Position numbers and translations under genes: made by a program. A DNA stretch of 64,000 nucleotides from Candidatus Multivorans sp. (lineage in GTDB: Bacteria > Acidobacteriota > Thermoanaerobaculia > Multivoradales > Multivoraceae), in the NCBI GenBank assembly GCA_965247095.1, contig OZ251997.1:64001-128000 (forward strand). The letters run 5' to 3'. Below, piece by piece: positions 20,402-29,597 of the stretch. Below the pieces are notes generated by a model. The model did not search any database, had not been told where the DNA came from, and saw only the letters and a program-made list of their open reading frames with translations. Numbering within the stretch: position 1 is the first letter of the stretch; each line of letters opens with the position of its first letter.

Positions 20402-22138
20402 TCAGAGGTCTCCCTCAGGTGCGGGGAGTAGTGGTGGTCTGTCCTGGGACTTCGACTTCTTCTGCACCTCGATCTGCGACACCAGGATCGAAGGTGATGC
20501 TGCCGAGACGGGCACCATGCCCGATTCGGCGCCGCAGTAGCCGTTGAACACGTCGATCCGGTCGTCCGCCGCGACGACCCGGCTGAAGGTCGTCAGCGGT
20601 GTGCCGATCAGGTCGACGCCCCGGACCAGCTCTTCGCGGCCGTCGGGGTAGACGCGGTAGACGAGGATTGGCGTTACGTTGAACGAGTTCGGTATCGATC
20701 GGCCCGTGAAGGTGAAGCCGCCCTCGATTTCGTGGAAGCGCAGGCCGAATGGTTTGCCCTCCGACTTGATGGCCGCGACGAATCTGGCCTTCAGTTCCTC
20801 GCTCGTCAGTGGGTCGGCCACCTCGACGATGAGATTCGACTGCCTGGCCACGGGCCTGCTGCCGGGCTGCTTGCGGCCATGGCCGTTGGAGTTCGGGAAG
20901 CCGTCGACGGGGGAGCGGGACATGAGAAAGTCCTTGAGGATTCCCTTGTCGATGACGGTCACGCGGCGAGCCATGACGCCCTGGTTGTCATGGCGATAGC
21001 TGCCGGCGAGATCCGAGGGGCCGTACGTCCTCACGGTCGGATCGAAATGGACCGAGAAGCTCTCCGGCAGAACGCGCTGGTTCAGTTGATCTCTGAAGGT
21101 GTGGCTGTCGTCGACCTCCTTCAGACGGTGGCCCTCCAACCGGTGGCCGAGAATCTCGTGGAAGAACACGCCGCTCGCCTCGCCGGACAGGATGGCCGGG
21201 CCGGTGTAGGGCTCCACCAGGGGCGCCTCGCGGAGCGCCAGCAGCGTCTCGATCAGCTTCCGGACGTCACGCTCCACGGTTTCGTCGTCGGGCAGCCCGC
21301 CGGGCGTAAAGGAGATGTAGCTCTTGTACAGCGGCAGGACCATGCCGTCGTCCGCCTTCGTGGTGGCCGCTACGAAGACGCGGTACCTGGTTTCGGAGGT
21401 CTGGATCTGTGAGCCCTCGCTGTTTGTGAACCAGCGGGTTTCGGTGCTTGCCTGGAGGGAAGCCGAGCCCTGAGTGAAATCACCGTGGTCGGCAAAGGGC
21501 GCCGTGTAGGTCCGCACCTTTCGCTCCCAGTCGCCGCGGTCGACGTCGATGGCCTGCGGCTCGTCAACGGCTGTGGACGCTGCTTCGCGAGAGAAGTCGT
21601 CCGACTGGTCCTCGGTCTCGACCTTGACCTGGACGTTCGTCTTCACCTGGGTGAGCTGCTCCAGAGCGCGCTTGTATTGCTTGTCGGTTTCGGACCACAG
21701 GATGCCGCGAATCGCATCCGGGTCGTCGTCGACCGGGACTCGCGTTTGGCTGAAGTCCCGGAGGGAGAAAGACCGGGAGTCTCGGATCGGGCGTGTGTTG
21801 TCGAGGTCGTAGCCGCCCACCCTGAGGTCGATGTCCAGCAAGCGCCCGCGCCCCTCGCTGCTGCTGGTGAGTGCTCCGAACGAGCCCGAGACGGATACGT
21901 TCCGCGACTCGGTGATCTCGTAGCTCAGGAAGTACGGTGGCACTTCCTGCTCGCCGAGCACCTCCATGGAACGCTCGAGTTCCGCCTGCATCGCGTCGAG
22001 GACGACCGACTGGCCGGAGGCCGGCGCCGCCGCGACAGCCAGGGCGGTCAGGCAGGCCGGCGCAAGCCTGAGAAGCCGCCGGCGCTTCACCGGATTGTCG
22101 CGCCCTGCGCGGGTGGATTGGACTTCGGACATGCACAC
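20402..22138 (-). CDS. TldD-family metalloprotease with signal peptide
   Basis: GVFFHEILGHRLEG (HExxxH), DPT..GSYRHDNQGV, SNGHGR, RQSNL and NGYCGAESG (third-ligand Cys); N-terminal KRRRLL..AVAAAPASG. Confidence 0.88.
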   Translation of the reverse strand: MCMSEVQSTRAGRDNPVKRRRLLRLAPACLTALAVAAAPASGQSVVLDAMQAELERSMEVLGEQEVPPYFLSYEITESRNVSVSGSFGALTSSSEGRGRLLDIDLRVGGYDLDNTRPIRDSRSFSLRDFSQTRVPVDDDPDAIRGILWSETDKQYKRALEQLTQVKTNVQVKVETEDQSDDFSREAASTAVDEPQAIDVDRGDWERKVRTYTAPFADHGDFTQGSASLQASTETRWFTNSEGSQIQTSETRYRVFVAATTKADDGMVLPLYKSYISFTPGGLPDDETVERDVRKLIETLLALREAPLVEPYTGPAILSGEASGVFFHEILGHRLEGHRLKEVDDSHTFRDQLNQRVLPESFSVHFDPTVRTYGPSDLAGSYRHDNQGVMARRVTVIDKGILKDFLMSRSPVDGFPNSNGHGRKQPGSRPVARQSNLIVEVADPLTSEELKARFVAAIKSEGKPFGLRFHEIEGGFTFTGRSIPNSFNVTPILVYRVYPDGREELVRGVDLIGTPLTTFSRVVAADDRIDVFNGYCGAESGMVPVSAASPSILVSQIEVQKKSKSQDRPPLLPAPEGDL

Positions 22139-22180
22139 GCCTCCCCTCGGTTGTGGGTCCGGTAGTTTAGACGGAACTCG

Positions 22181-22497
22181 CTAGCCGCCCGTTTGTGCTT
22201 CGACTTCCCTCTCTTCAAAGCGCGCGCCCCGCAGGGTATTCCCGGTCGCGTAGTTCCCCTCGTGGCAGGCCGGGCCTCCCGATTCCGGATCGCCCGGGCT
22301 TCCTCCGCGGTCAGGGTGAGGCGATTCCCCAATTCGGGACTCCGCTGCACCGGCGTCAGAGTGGCGATGTCGTAGTTGCCGGAGAAGTCCGGTTTGCCGC
22401 CGGGGGTCCTGGGGATGTCGTCCGCAGCCGCGGCGCCGGCACAGGCAATTGCGGCGGCGAGAACGAAGGCGATGCGAGTACGACCGTTGATGCTCAT
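22181..22497 (-). pseudogene. Internally deleted gene for a conserved secreted hypothetical protein
   Basis: Signal peptide plus IPRTPGGKPDFSG..TLTPVQR in one frame is joined near 22271, out of frame, to ACHEGNYA.GN.LRGAR..E*. From memory these are the N- and C-terminal motifs of one roughly 300-aa family. Confidence 0.7.
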
Positions 22498-22561
22498 CGA
22501 GCTCCTCCCTGACGGTGACCTTCGAGTGTTCCGGTGATTGTAGACCGCACACCGCGTTGTC

Positions 22562-22606
22562 CCTGGGAACGCGGGCGTCTCGCCCGCATCCGGCGCGAAG
22601 CGCCGG
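22562..22606. repeat. REP-like double-hairpin repeat, core copy
   Basis: CCTGGGAACGCGGGCGTCTCGCCCGCATCCGGCGCGAAGCGCCGG next to the DUF3604 stop codon. Confidence 0.8.
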
Positions 22607-22608
22607 CG

Positions 22609-24393
22609 CTACTCGCCCGGCACGTACCAGATCGGCGACGACCAGGCGCGCTCCTGGATCGTCGCCGGCAGGTCCGGCCGGGGCCCTGTGCCGGCCCGGA
22701 TCGCGTCCCAGGTCGACCAGCGGCAGCTCGGGTTCTCGAGCACCCGCACGTAGTACAGCGTGTGCCGGTCGGCGTCGAAGTCCGGGTCGCTCCACATCGC
22801 CGAAAGCTCGGCGGCGCCTGAGTCTTCGGAGGTGCTGCAGTCCTTGAGGTCGACCGTGGCGCCGTTGTCGGGGCATCGGGGCGGGTCTCCCGACGGCGCG
22901 CCGCCGCCGGCGCAGGCGACATCGACGATCTGCTCCCGGGCCTCGCCGTCGGCCGCCCAGACCTTGATCACCTGCAGGCGCTGCAGCGGCGCGCTGTCCT
23001 TGTCGCGGGCGGCCCAGGCCAGGAAGCGCGGGCTTCCTCCGTCGGCCGCGAGCAGGTCGCCGCCCATCGGCACGCCCCCCGCATAGGCCTTCGCGGTCAT
23101 CTCCGGGTCGGAGACGAGGTCGTAGTCGTAGTCGTAGCCGGCGAAGAAGCGGACCCGGATGCGGGGGCCGGTGGTGGCGAAAGTCTCCTTGCGCCGCAGC
23201 GCGCCGTAGATCGACTCCCGGGTGTTCTCCTCGGCCCAGACCCCGGCGAGGCCGGAGGCGCCGAAGTACCGGTTGTTGTTCTTCGTGTACTTCTCACCGT
23301 CCGGTAGCGGCCGGTCGAGCGGCACGGCGCCGCGCCGCTGGGGCGTGCCGTCGCCGGTGCCGATCTTGCCGTGGAAGTTGGACTCCTCCGGCGTGCCGCC
23401 CGCGTTGTGGGAGTCGGTGGAGCCGATCAGGCCGAACCGGAACGGATTGAAGCCCCGCGTTGCCTGGAGCATCTGGCCGTTGCGGTAGGACTCGCGGACG
23501 TAGCTGCCCGGAGCTTCGCTGGGCAGAGTGGTGCCGATCCGGTAGGCGTAGATCTCGAAGTCGGCCCATTCGTCGTTCGGGGACAGCAGCGGATGGGTGT
23601 CCGACGTGCCCTTGATCTGGGTGATCTCGACCAGGGGCTCGTTGCGGTTCCGCTGCTCGGCGTAGGCGGCGTCGAGCGGTTTGCCCGAGACCGTCTCGAG
23701 CTTGAACATGTGGCCGTTGCTGCCGTTCGAGTTGTGCGGAATGGCGAGTGCCTCGATCCCGCCGGCGCGCAGGTCGTCGAGCCACTGCCAGAGGTCCTCG
23801 GGATCCTGCGACGTGTCGACGGTGAAGGGCGCGGGCGGCGCTTCGCCGCGGAAGATCACGTTGCGGTGCAGGTTGCCCCGGCCTTCCGAGAACGCCGTGA
23901 ACTCGTAGCCGATGAAAGTGGTGAAGGCGCCTGGCTCGTAGTGCGCCTCAGCGGCGTCGATGATCGCCTGCCAGGCGTTGGGGCCGCCCGGGTTCGGTTC
24001 GTCGTCGTCGGCCCTGGAGCGGCCGGCGCCGGTGAAGATCCTCCCGAAGAAGGGGCTGTCGGGGTCGTCGGTGGCCGGCATCGCGTCGAGGAACTGGCCG
24101 TGATCGGTGACGGCCAGAAAGTCGAGCGGCTGGCCCTGAAGCTGGAAGCGGAAGCCGCCCGGGTGGTCGATCGACTCTCCCCTCGCGTAGCGGTAGGCGT
24201 CGTCGGGTTCGGTGCGGACCGCGAACTGGTAGGCGTCGAAGGAGTAGCGGGTGTGGACGTGGAGGTCGCCGAAGTAGGCGTTACGCAGCGGGTTGGGTGG
24301 GGGCGCGTCATCCTGAGCGACGCTGGTTGAAGCGGCGAGGAGAGCCGGGAGGATGGCGGCGAGGAGGCCGGAACAAATTCTGCTGTGGCCCAA
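22609..24393 (-). CDS. DUF3604 (PHP-like) secreted protein, paralog 2
   Basis: AYFGDLHVHT, LDFLAVTDH, NLHRNVIFR, IPHNSNGSNG, GSTDSH and QERAWSSPIWY; signal peptide; TTG start at 24393 inferred. Confidence 0.88.
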   Translation of the reverse strand: MGHSRICSGLLAAILPALLAASTSVAQDDAPPPNPLRNAYFGDLHVHTRYSFDAYQFAVRTEPDDAYRYARGESIDHPGGFRFQLQGQPLDFLAVTDHGQFLDAMPATDDPDSPFFGRIFTGAGRSRADDDEPNPGGPNAWQAIIDAAEAHYEPGAFTTFIGYEFTAFSEGRGNLHRNVIFRGEAPPAPFTVDTSQDPEDLWQWLDDLRAGGIEALAIPHNSNGSNGHMFKLETVSGKPLDAAYAEQRNRNEPLVEITQIKGTSDTHPLLSPNDEWADFEIYAYRIGTTLPSEAPGSYVRESYRNGQMLQATRGFNPFRFGLIGSTDSHNAGGTPEESNFHGKIGTGDGTPQRRGAVPLDRPLPDGEKYTKNNNRYFGASGLAGVWAEENTRESIYGALRRKETFATTGPRIRVRFFAGYDYDYDLVSDPEMTAKAYAGGVPMGGDLLAADGGSPRFLAWAARDKDSAPLQRLQVIKVWAADGEAREQIVDVACAGGGAPSGDPPRCPDNGATVDLKDCSTSEDSGAAELSAMWSDPDFDADRHTLYYVRVLENPSCRWSTWDAIRAGTGPRPDLPATIQERAWSSPIWYVPGE

Positions 24394-24397
24394 GCCC

Positions 24398-26260
24398 TCA
24401 GCCGCCCGGGACGTACCAGATCGATGACGACCAGGCCCGTTCCTGGATTGTGGCCGGCATCCCCGGATTGGGCGCCACGCCGGCGCGGATCGCGTCCCAG
24501 GTCGACCAGCGGCAGGTCGGGTTCTCCAGCACGCGCACGTAGTAGACGGCATGCTTCGCCGCGTCGAAGTCCGGGTCGCTCCAGATCGCCGACAGTTCGG
24601 CTACGCCCAGGTCCTGGGAGTAGCTGCAGTCGGAGAGATCAACGGTGGCGCCGTTGTCGGGGCAGCGGAGAGGGTCGCCGGACGGCAGGCCGCCGTCGGA
24701 GCAGGCGACGTCGATGACGTCTTCACGCGCTTCGCCGTCCTCGACCCAGCCCTTGACCATCTGCAGGCGCTGGAGCGAAGCGCTGTCCGCGTCGCGGGCG
24801 GCCCAAACCAGGAAACGTGGGCGCCTGCCTTCGTCCGCGAGCAGGTCGCCGCCCATCGGCACGCCGCCCTCGTAGGCGTTGGCGATCATCTCCGGACTCG
24901 CGGTCAGATCGTCGGTGTAGCCGTAGCCGGCGAAGAAGCGGACGCGAATGCGCGGGCCGGTGGTGGCGAAGGTCTCCTTGCGCCGGAACGCGTCGTAGAT
25001 CGAGTCGCGGGTGTTCTCTTCCGCCCAGACCCCGGCAAGGCCCGAGCCGCCCCAGAACTGGAAGGCGTTCTGGATGTACTTCTCGCCGTCCTCCGTGGGC
25101 TCGTCGAGCGGTACCGAGCCGCGTCTCTGGCCGCTGCCGTCGCCGGTGCCGACCTTGCCGTGGAAGTTGTCCTCCTCGGGCGTGCCGGCGGAGTTGTGGG
25201 TGTCGGTCGCGCCGACGATGCCGAAGCGGAACGGGTTGAAGCCCTGGGTCTCCTGGAGCATGAGGCCGTTTACGTAGGCCTCCCTGACGTAGCTGCCCTT
25301 GGGTTCGCTGTAGAGATTGGTGGCGATGCGGTAGGGGAAGATCTCGAAGTCGGCCCACTCGTCGTTCGGCGACAGCAGCGGGTGGGTCTCCGAAGTGCCC
25401 TTGACCTGGGTCATCTCGACCAGGGGCTCGTTGCGCATCCGCAGGTCGGCGTAGGCGGCGTCAAGCGGTTCGCCGCCCACCGTTTCGAGCTTGAACATGT
25501 GGCCGTTGCTGCCGTTCGAGTTGTGGGGGATGGCGAGCCCTTCGATGCCCTCCGCCCGGCGTTCGTCGAGCCAGTGCCAGAGGTCCTCGGGATTGCGCGA
25601 ATCGGTCGACGCAAAGGGCTTCGGCGGCGCTTCGCTGCCGCGGAAGATGACGTTGCGGTGCAGGTTGCCGCGGTCGTCCGACGAGGTCGTGTACTCGTAG
25701 CCGATGAAGGTGGTGAAGTTCCCGGGGTCGTTGTGGGCCTCGGCGGCCTCGATGATCGCCTGCCAGGCGGTGGTTTTGGCGTCGTCCTGCGCGTCCTGCG
25801 GCAACTCGGCGAACTCGCCGCTGCGGAGCCCCTGGATGGCGCGCGTGAAACCGCCCCCTTCGCGCAGATCGGTCCCGAGGACGGTCTCGTAGAGGGGATT
25901 CTCGGGGTTGTCCATCTCCGGGAGGACGCCAAGATAGAGGCCGTGGTCGGTCACCGCCTGGAAGTCCAGGGCGCCGCTCTGAAGCTGGATCTGATGACCG
26001 CTCGCATGCTCGATCGCCTCGCCCTTGGCGAAGCGGTAGGCGTCGTCGGGGTTCGTGCGCGTGCCGAACAGGTACGAATCGAAGGAGTACTTGGTGTGCA
26101 CGTGGAGGTCGCCGAAGTAGGCGTCCTTCAGCGGGTTCGGCGCCGCGGCGTCGCCGCCGCCGGCGGCACCGGCGCCGGCTTCCTGGTCGCCGGCAGCGCA
26201 GCCGAGCAGAACGAGCGAGAGAAGGGTCAGGAAGGCGAGGACCGTGCGAGTCGGGCGCAT
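24398..26260 (-). CDS. DUF3604 (PHP-like) lipoprotein, paralog 1
   Basis: Lipobox LLGC; same motif set as the neighbour (GDLHVHT, VTDH, NLHRNVIF, IPHNSN, TDTH, QERAWSS). Confidence 0.9.
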   Translation of the reverse strand: MRPTRTVLAFLTLLSLVLLGCAAGDQEAGAGAAGGGDAAAPNPLKDAYFGDLHVHTKYSFDSYLFGTRTNPDDAYRFAKGEAIEHASGHQIQLQSGALDFQAVTDHGLYLGVLPEMDNPENPLYETVLGTDLREGGGFTRAIQGLRSGEFAELPQDAQDDAKTTAWQAIIEAAEAHNDPGNFTTFIGYEYTTSSDDRGNLHRNVIFRGSEAPPKPFASTDSRNPEDLWHWLDERRAEGIEGLAIPHNSNGSNGHMFKLETVGGEPLDAAYADLRMRNEPLVEMTQVKGTSETHPLLSPNDEWADFEIFPYRIATNLYSEPKGSYVREAYVNGLMLQETQGFNPFRFGIVGATDTHNSAGTPEEDNFHGKVGTGDGSGQRRGSVPLDEPTEDGEKYIQNAFQFWGGSGLAGVWAEENTRDSIYDAFRRKETFATTGPRIRVRFFAGYGYTDDLTASPEMIANAYEGGVPMGGDLLADEGRRPRFLVWAARDADSASLQRLQMVKGWVEDGEAREDVIDVACSDGGLPSGDPLRCPDNGATVDLSDCSYSQDLGVAELSAIWSDPDFDAAKHAVYYVRVLENPTCRWSTWDAIRAGVAPNPGMPATIQERAWSSSIWYVPGG

Positions 26261-26366
26261 GACGATCTCCTTGGTGGGATTGTGCGTAGGTTAGCGCGGA
26301 TGGCCCGCGCTATGAGCGTGCGCCGCAGAACATGGGGTGCGCTGATTCTCCCTGCCGCGCACGCTG

Positions 26367-27890
26367 CTATGGGTCGCCGAGCGCCGGCGCCGCGTACCCG
26401 CGAAAAACGCCCCGACCGATGAGTGCCGCCACGCCGGCGATGTCGTCGGCGAGCGGCCGGTCCTCCGTGTACGGCGGCGAGATCGCGCGCACTGTTTCCA
26501 TGGCTTCCTCAATTGCCGTGGAACTCCGGGCGGGTCGGCGAAACTCGATCCCCTGCGCTGCCGCGAGCAGTTCGATCGCGACGATGTTCTGCACGTTGTC
26601 CAGCATGTCGTGCAGCCGCCGGGCCCCGTGGGTCGCCATGCTGACGTGGTCCTCCTGGTTGGCGGAGGTTGGGATGGTGTCCACGCTGGCGGGGTGGGAG
26701 AGGCACTTGTTCTCGGAAACCAGGGCCGCGGCGGTGGTTCCAGCCATCATGAAACCGCTGTTGAGGCCGCTGTTCCGGACCAGGAACGCCGGCAGTCCGC
26801 TGAGATTGGCGTCGATGAGGAGTGCGGTGCGGCGTTCGGACAAGGAACCGATCTCGGCGACTGCAAGCGCCAGGTAGTCGGCGGCGAGTGCTATCGGTTC
26901 CGCATGGAAGTTGCCGCCGGAGAGGATCTCCCCTGTGCTCGCGAACACCAGGGGGTTGTCGGTGACCGCGTTCGCCTCGGTCTTGAGAACGGCCGAAACG
27001 TGGCGGAGCGCGTCGAGGCAGGCGCCCATGACCGGCGGCTGGCAGCGGATCGAGTAGGGGTCCTGCACGCGGTTGCACTGGAGGTGCGAGGCTCTGATCT
27101 CGCTGTCCCGCATCAACTCGCGCAGCGCGGCGGCGACGTCGGTCTGGCCGGAATGGCCGCGGAGTTGCTGGATTCGTGGATCGAACGGGCCGTCGCTGCC
27201 CTTGATCGCATCGGTTGCCATCGCGCCGGCCACAAGCGCCGCAGCCAGGACGTTCTCGGTGCGGAAGGCGGCCGTGAGCGCCAGCGCGGTGGACACCTGG
27301 GTGCCGTTCAAGAGCGCAAGGCCCTCCTTCGGCGCCAGCCGGATCGGTTCGATACCGGCCTCGGCCAGCGCCTCGACCGCTGGGATCAGCCTGCCTCGGA
27401 GGTGGGCCCCGCCCTCACCGAGCAGCACAAGCGAGAGATGGGCGAGCGGGGCGAGATCGCCTGAGGCGCCGACCGAGCCCTGCGACGGAATGCACGGGTA
27501 GATCTCGTGCTCGAGCAGCGCTGTCAGTGCGTCGACGAGCTCCAGCCGGACGCCGGAATGACCGCGGGCGAGCCCCATGACCTTCAGCAGGATCACAAGG
27601 CGCACGACCTCGTCATCCAGGTCCTTGCCGACGCCGGCGGCGTGAGAGCGCACGAGGTTCTCCTGCAGGTGGGCGAGTTCGTCCTCCTCGATCCGCACCT
27701 GGGCGAGCTGCCCGAAACCCGTGTTGACGCCGTAGACCGCCGTGCCCTCGGCGATCACCCTGCGGACCGCGGCGGCGGATTCGTCGATCCTGCGCCGGGC
27801 GCCCTCGCTCAACTCGACGCTCAGCGGAGTGAGCCAGGCCTCGCGCAGTTGAGCGAGTGGTACCGGCGAGCCGTCGAGCCTCAATCTCAT
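26367..27890 (-). CDS. hutH: Histidine ammonia-lyase
   Basis: VYGVNTGFG, GSVGASGDLAPLAH (MIO), KEGLALLNG, VQDPYSIRCQP, SGGNFH and NQEDHVSM; ATG at 27890 overlaps the hutU stop. Confidence 0.96.
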   Translation of the reverse strand: MRLRLDGSPVPLAQLREAWLTPLSVELSEGARRRIDESAAAVRRVIAEGTAVYGVNTGFGQLAQVRIEEDELAHLQENLVRSHAAGVGKDLDDEVVRLVILLKVMGLARGHSGVRLELVDALTALLEHEIYPCIPSQGSVGASGDLAPLAHLSLVLLGEGGAHLRGRLIPAVEALAEAGIEPIRLAPKEGLALLNGTQVSTALALTAAFRTENVLAAALVAGAMATDAIKGSDGPFDPRIQQLRGHSGQTDVAAALRELMRDSEIRASHLQCNRVQDPYSIRCQPPVMGACLDALRHVSAVLKTEANAVTDNPLVFASTGEILSGGNFHAEPIALAADYLALAVAEIGSLSERRTALLIDANLSGLPAFLVRNSGLNSGFMMAGTTAAALVSENKCLSHPASVDTIPTSANQEDHVSMATHGARRLHDMLDNVQNIVAIELLAAAQGIEFRRPARSSTAIEEAMETVRAISPPYTEDRPLADDIAGVAALIGRGVFRGYAAPALGDP

Positions 27891-29572
27891 CAAGGGTTGA
27901 CGCCCGGGACCATGGGCAGGTTGAGGCCTTGCTCGCGCGCACAGGCGATCGCTTCGTCGTAGCCGGCGTCGGCGTGCCGCATGACCCCTGATGCGGGGTC
28001 GTTCCATAGCACTCGCTCGATCCGCCGGTCCGCGTCCTCGCTGCCGTCGCAGACGATGACGAACCCGGCGTGCTGGGAGTACCCCATGCCGACGCCGCCG
28101 CCGTGATGCACGGACACCCAGGTCGCGCCGCTTGCGGTGTTCAGCATGGCGTTGAGGAAGGCCCAGTCGGAGACGGCGTCGGAACCGTCCCGCATCGCCT
28201 CGGTCTCGCGGTTCGGGCTCGCGACCGATCCGCTGTCGAGGTGATCGCGGCCGATGACGACGGGCGCCTGCAGCTCGCCGCGCCGGACCATCTCGTTGAA
28301 GGCGAGGCCGATGCGGTGACGCTGCCCCAAACCCACCCAGCAGATGCGCGATGGCAGCCCCTGGAACTGGATCTTCTCGCGCGCCTCGTCCAGCCAGTGG
28401 TGCAGGTGCGGGTCGTCGGGGATCAGTTCCTTGACCCGCGCGTCGGTGCGGTAGATGTCCTCGGGGTCGCCGGACAGCGCGGCCCAGCGGAAGGGGCCGA
28501 TTCCGCGGCAGAACAGGGGGCGGACGTAGGCCGGCACGAAGCCCGGAAAGTCGAACGCGTTCTCCACCCCGGCGCCGAGCGCCTCCTGGCGGATGTTGTT
28601 GCCGTAGTCGAACGTGGGCACCCCGGCTTCGTGGAAGCCGAGCATGGCGCGGACGTGGACCGCGATCGACTCGCGGGCTGCCGCCGCGACCGCGTCGGGC
28701 TCGCTGGCCCGGCGCGCCTGCCACTCTTCGACGCTCCAGCCGATCGGCAGGTAGCCGTTCGCCGGGTCGTGTGCCGATGTCTGATCGGTCAGCGCATCGG
28801 GCCGGACGCCGCGGGCCAGCAACTGGGGCAGAACCTCCGCGGCATTGCCAAGCAGGCCGACAGTCAACGGCGACCGCGCTTCGACCGAGGCCTGGATCAC
28901 GGCCAGCGCCTCGTCGAGGGACTCTGCCCGCGTGTCGAGGTACCCAGTTTGAAGCCGCTTTTCGATCTGGTCCGCCTGACACTCGATCGCGAGCAGCGAC
29001 GCCCCGGCCATCTTTGCCGCCAGCGGTTGCGCTCCTCCCATGCCGCCGAGTCCGGCGGTCAGGATGAAGCGCCCGGAGAGATCGCCGCCGTAGTGCTGGC
29101 GGCCCATCTCGACGAAGGTCTCGTAGGTGCCCTGGATGATTCCCTGGCTGCCGATGTAGATCCACGATCCGGCGGTCATTTGCCCGTACATCATCAAACC
29201 CAGCCGGTCGAGTTCCCGGAAGTGCTCCCAGGTCGCCCACGCGGGGACGAGGTTCGAGTTGGCGATGAGCACCCGCGGAGCGTCGGGGTGGGTTCGGAAC
29301 ACCCCGACGGGCTTTCCGGACTGGACGACCAGCGTCTCGTCGGCTTCGAGTTCCCGCAGCGTCTCGACGATCGCCTCGTAGGCCGCCCAGTTGCGCGCCG
29401 CCTTGCCGATCCCCCCGTAGACGACGAGATCCTCTGGCCGCTCCGCGACTTCGGGGTCGAGGTTGTTCATCAGCATGCGCAACGGCGCCTCGGTCAGCCA
29501 GCTCTTCGCTGACAGCCGGTTGCCGGTGGGCGCCTTGATTGGTCCGGTAAGGGTGCTCTTCATTCCCGTCAT
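27890..29572 (-). CDS. hutU: Urocanate hydratase
   Basis: [45 protein letters not shown] and GRDHLD; GGAGG RBS upstream of 29572. Confidence 0.96.
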   Translation of the reverse strand: MTGMKSTLTGPIKAPTGNRLSAKSWLTEAPLRMLMNNLDPEVAERPEDLVVYGGIGKAARNWAAYEAIVETLRELEADETLVVQSGKPVGVFRTHPDAPRVLIANSNLVPAWATWEHFRELDRLGLMMYGQMTAGSWIYIGSQGIIQGTYETFVEMGRQHYGGDLSGRFILTAGLGGMGGAQPLAAKMAGASLLAIECQADQIEKRLQTGYLDTRAESLDEALAVIQASVEARSPLTVGLLGNAAEVLPQLLARGVRPDALTDQTSAHDPANGYLPIGWSVEEWQARRASEPDAVAAAARESIAVHVRAMLGFHEAGVPTFDYGNNIRQEALGAGVENAFDFPGFVPAYVRPLFCRGIGPFRWAALSGDPEDIYRTDARVKELIPDDPHLHHWLDEAREKIQFQGLPSRICWVGLGQRHRIGLAFNEMVRRGELQAPVVIGRDHLDSGSVASPNRETEAMRDGSDAVSDWAFLNAMLNTASGATWVSVHHGGGVGMGYSQHAGFVIVCDGSEDADRRIERVLWNDPASGVMRHADAGYDEAIACAREQGLNLPMVPGVNP

Positions 29573-29597
29573 TCCCGCCTCCAAGATTCGGGGCCGC

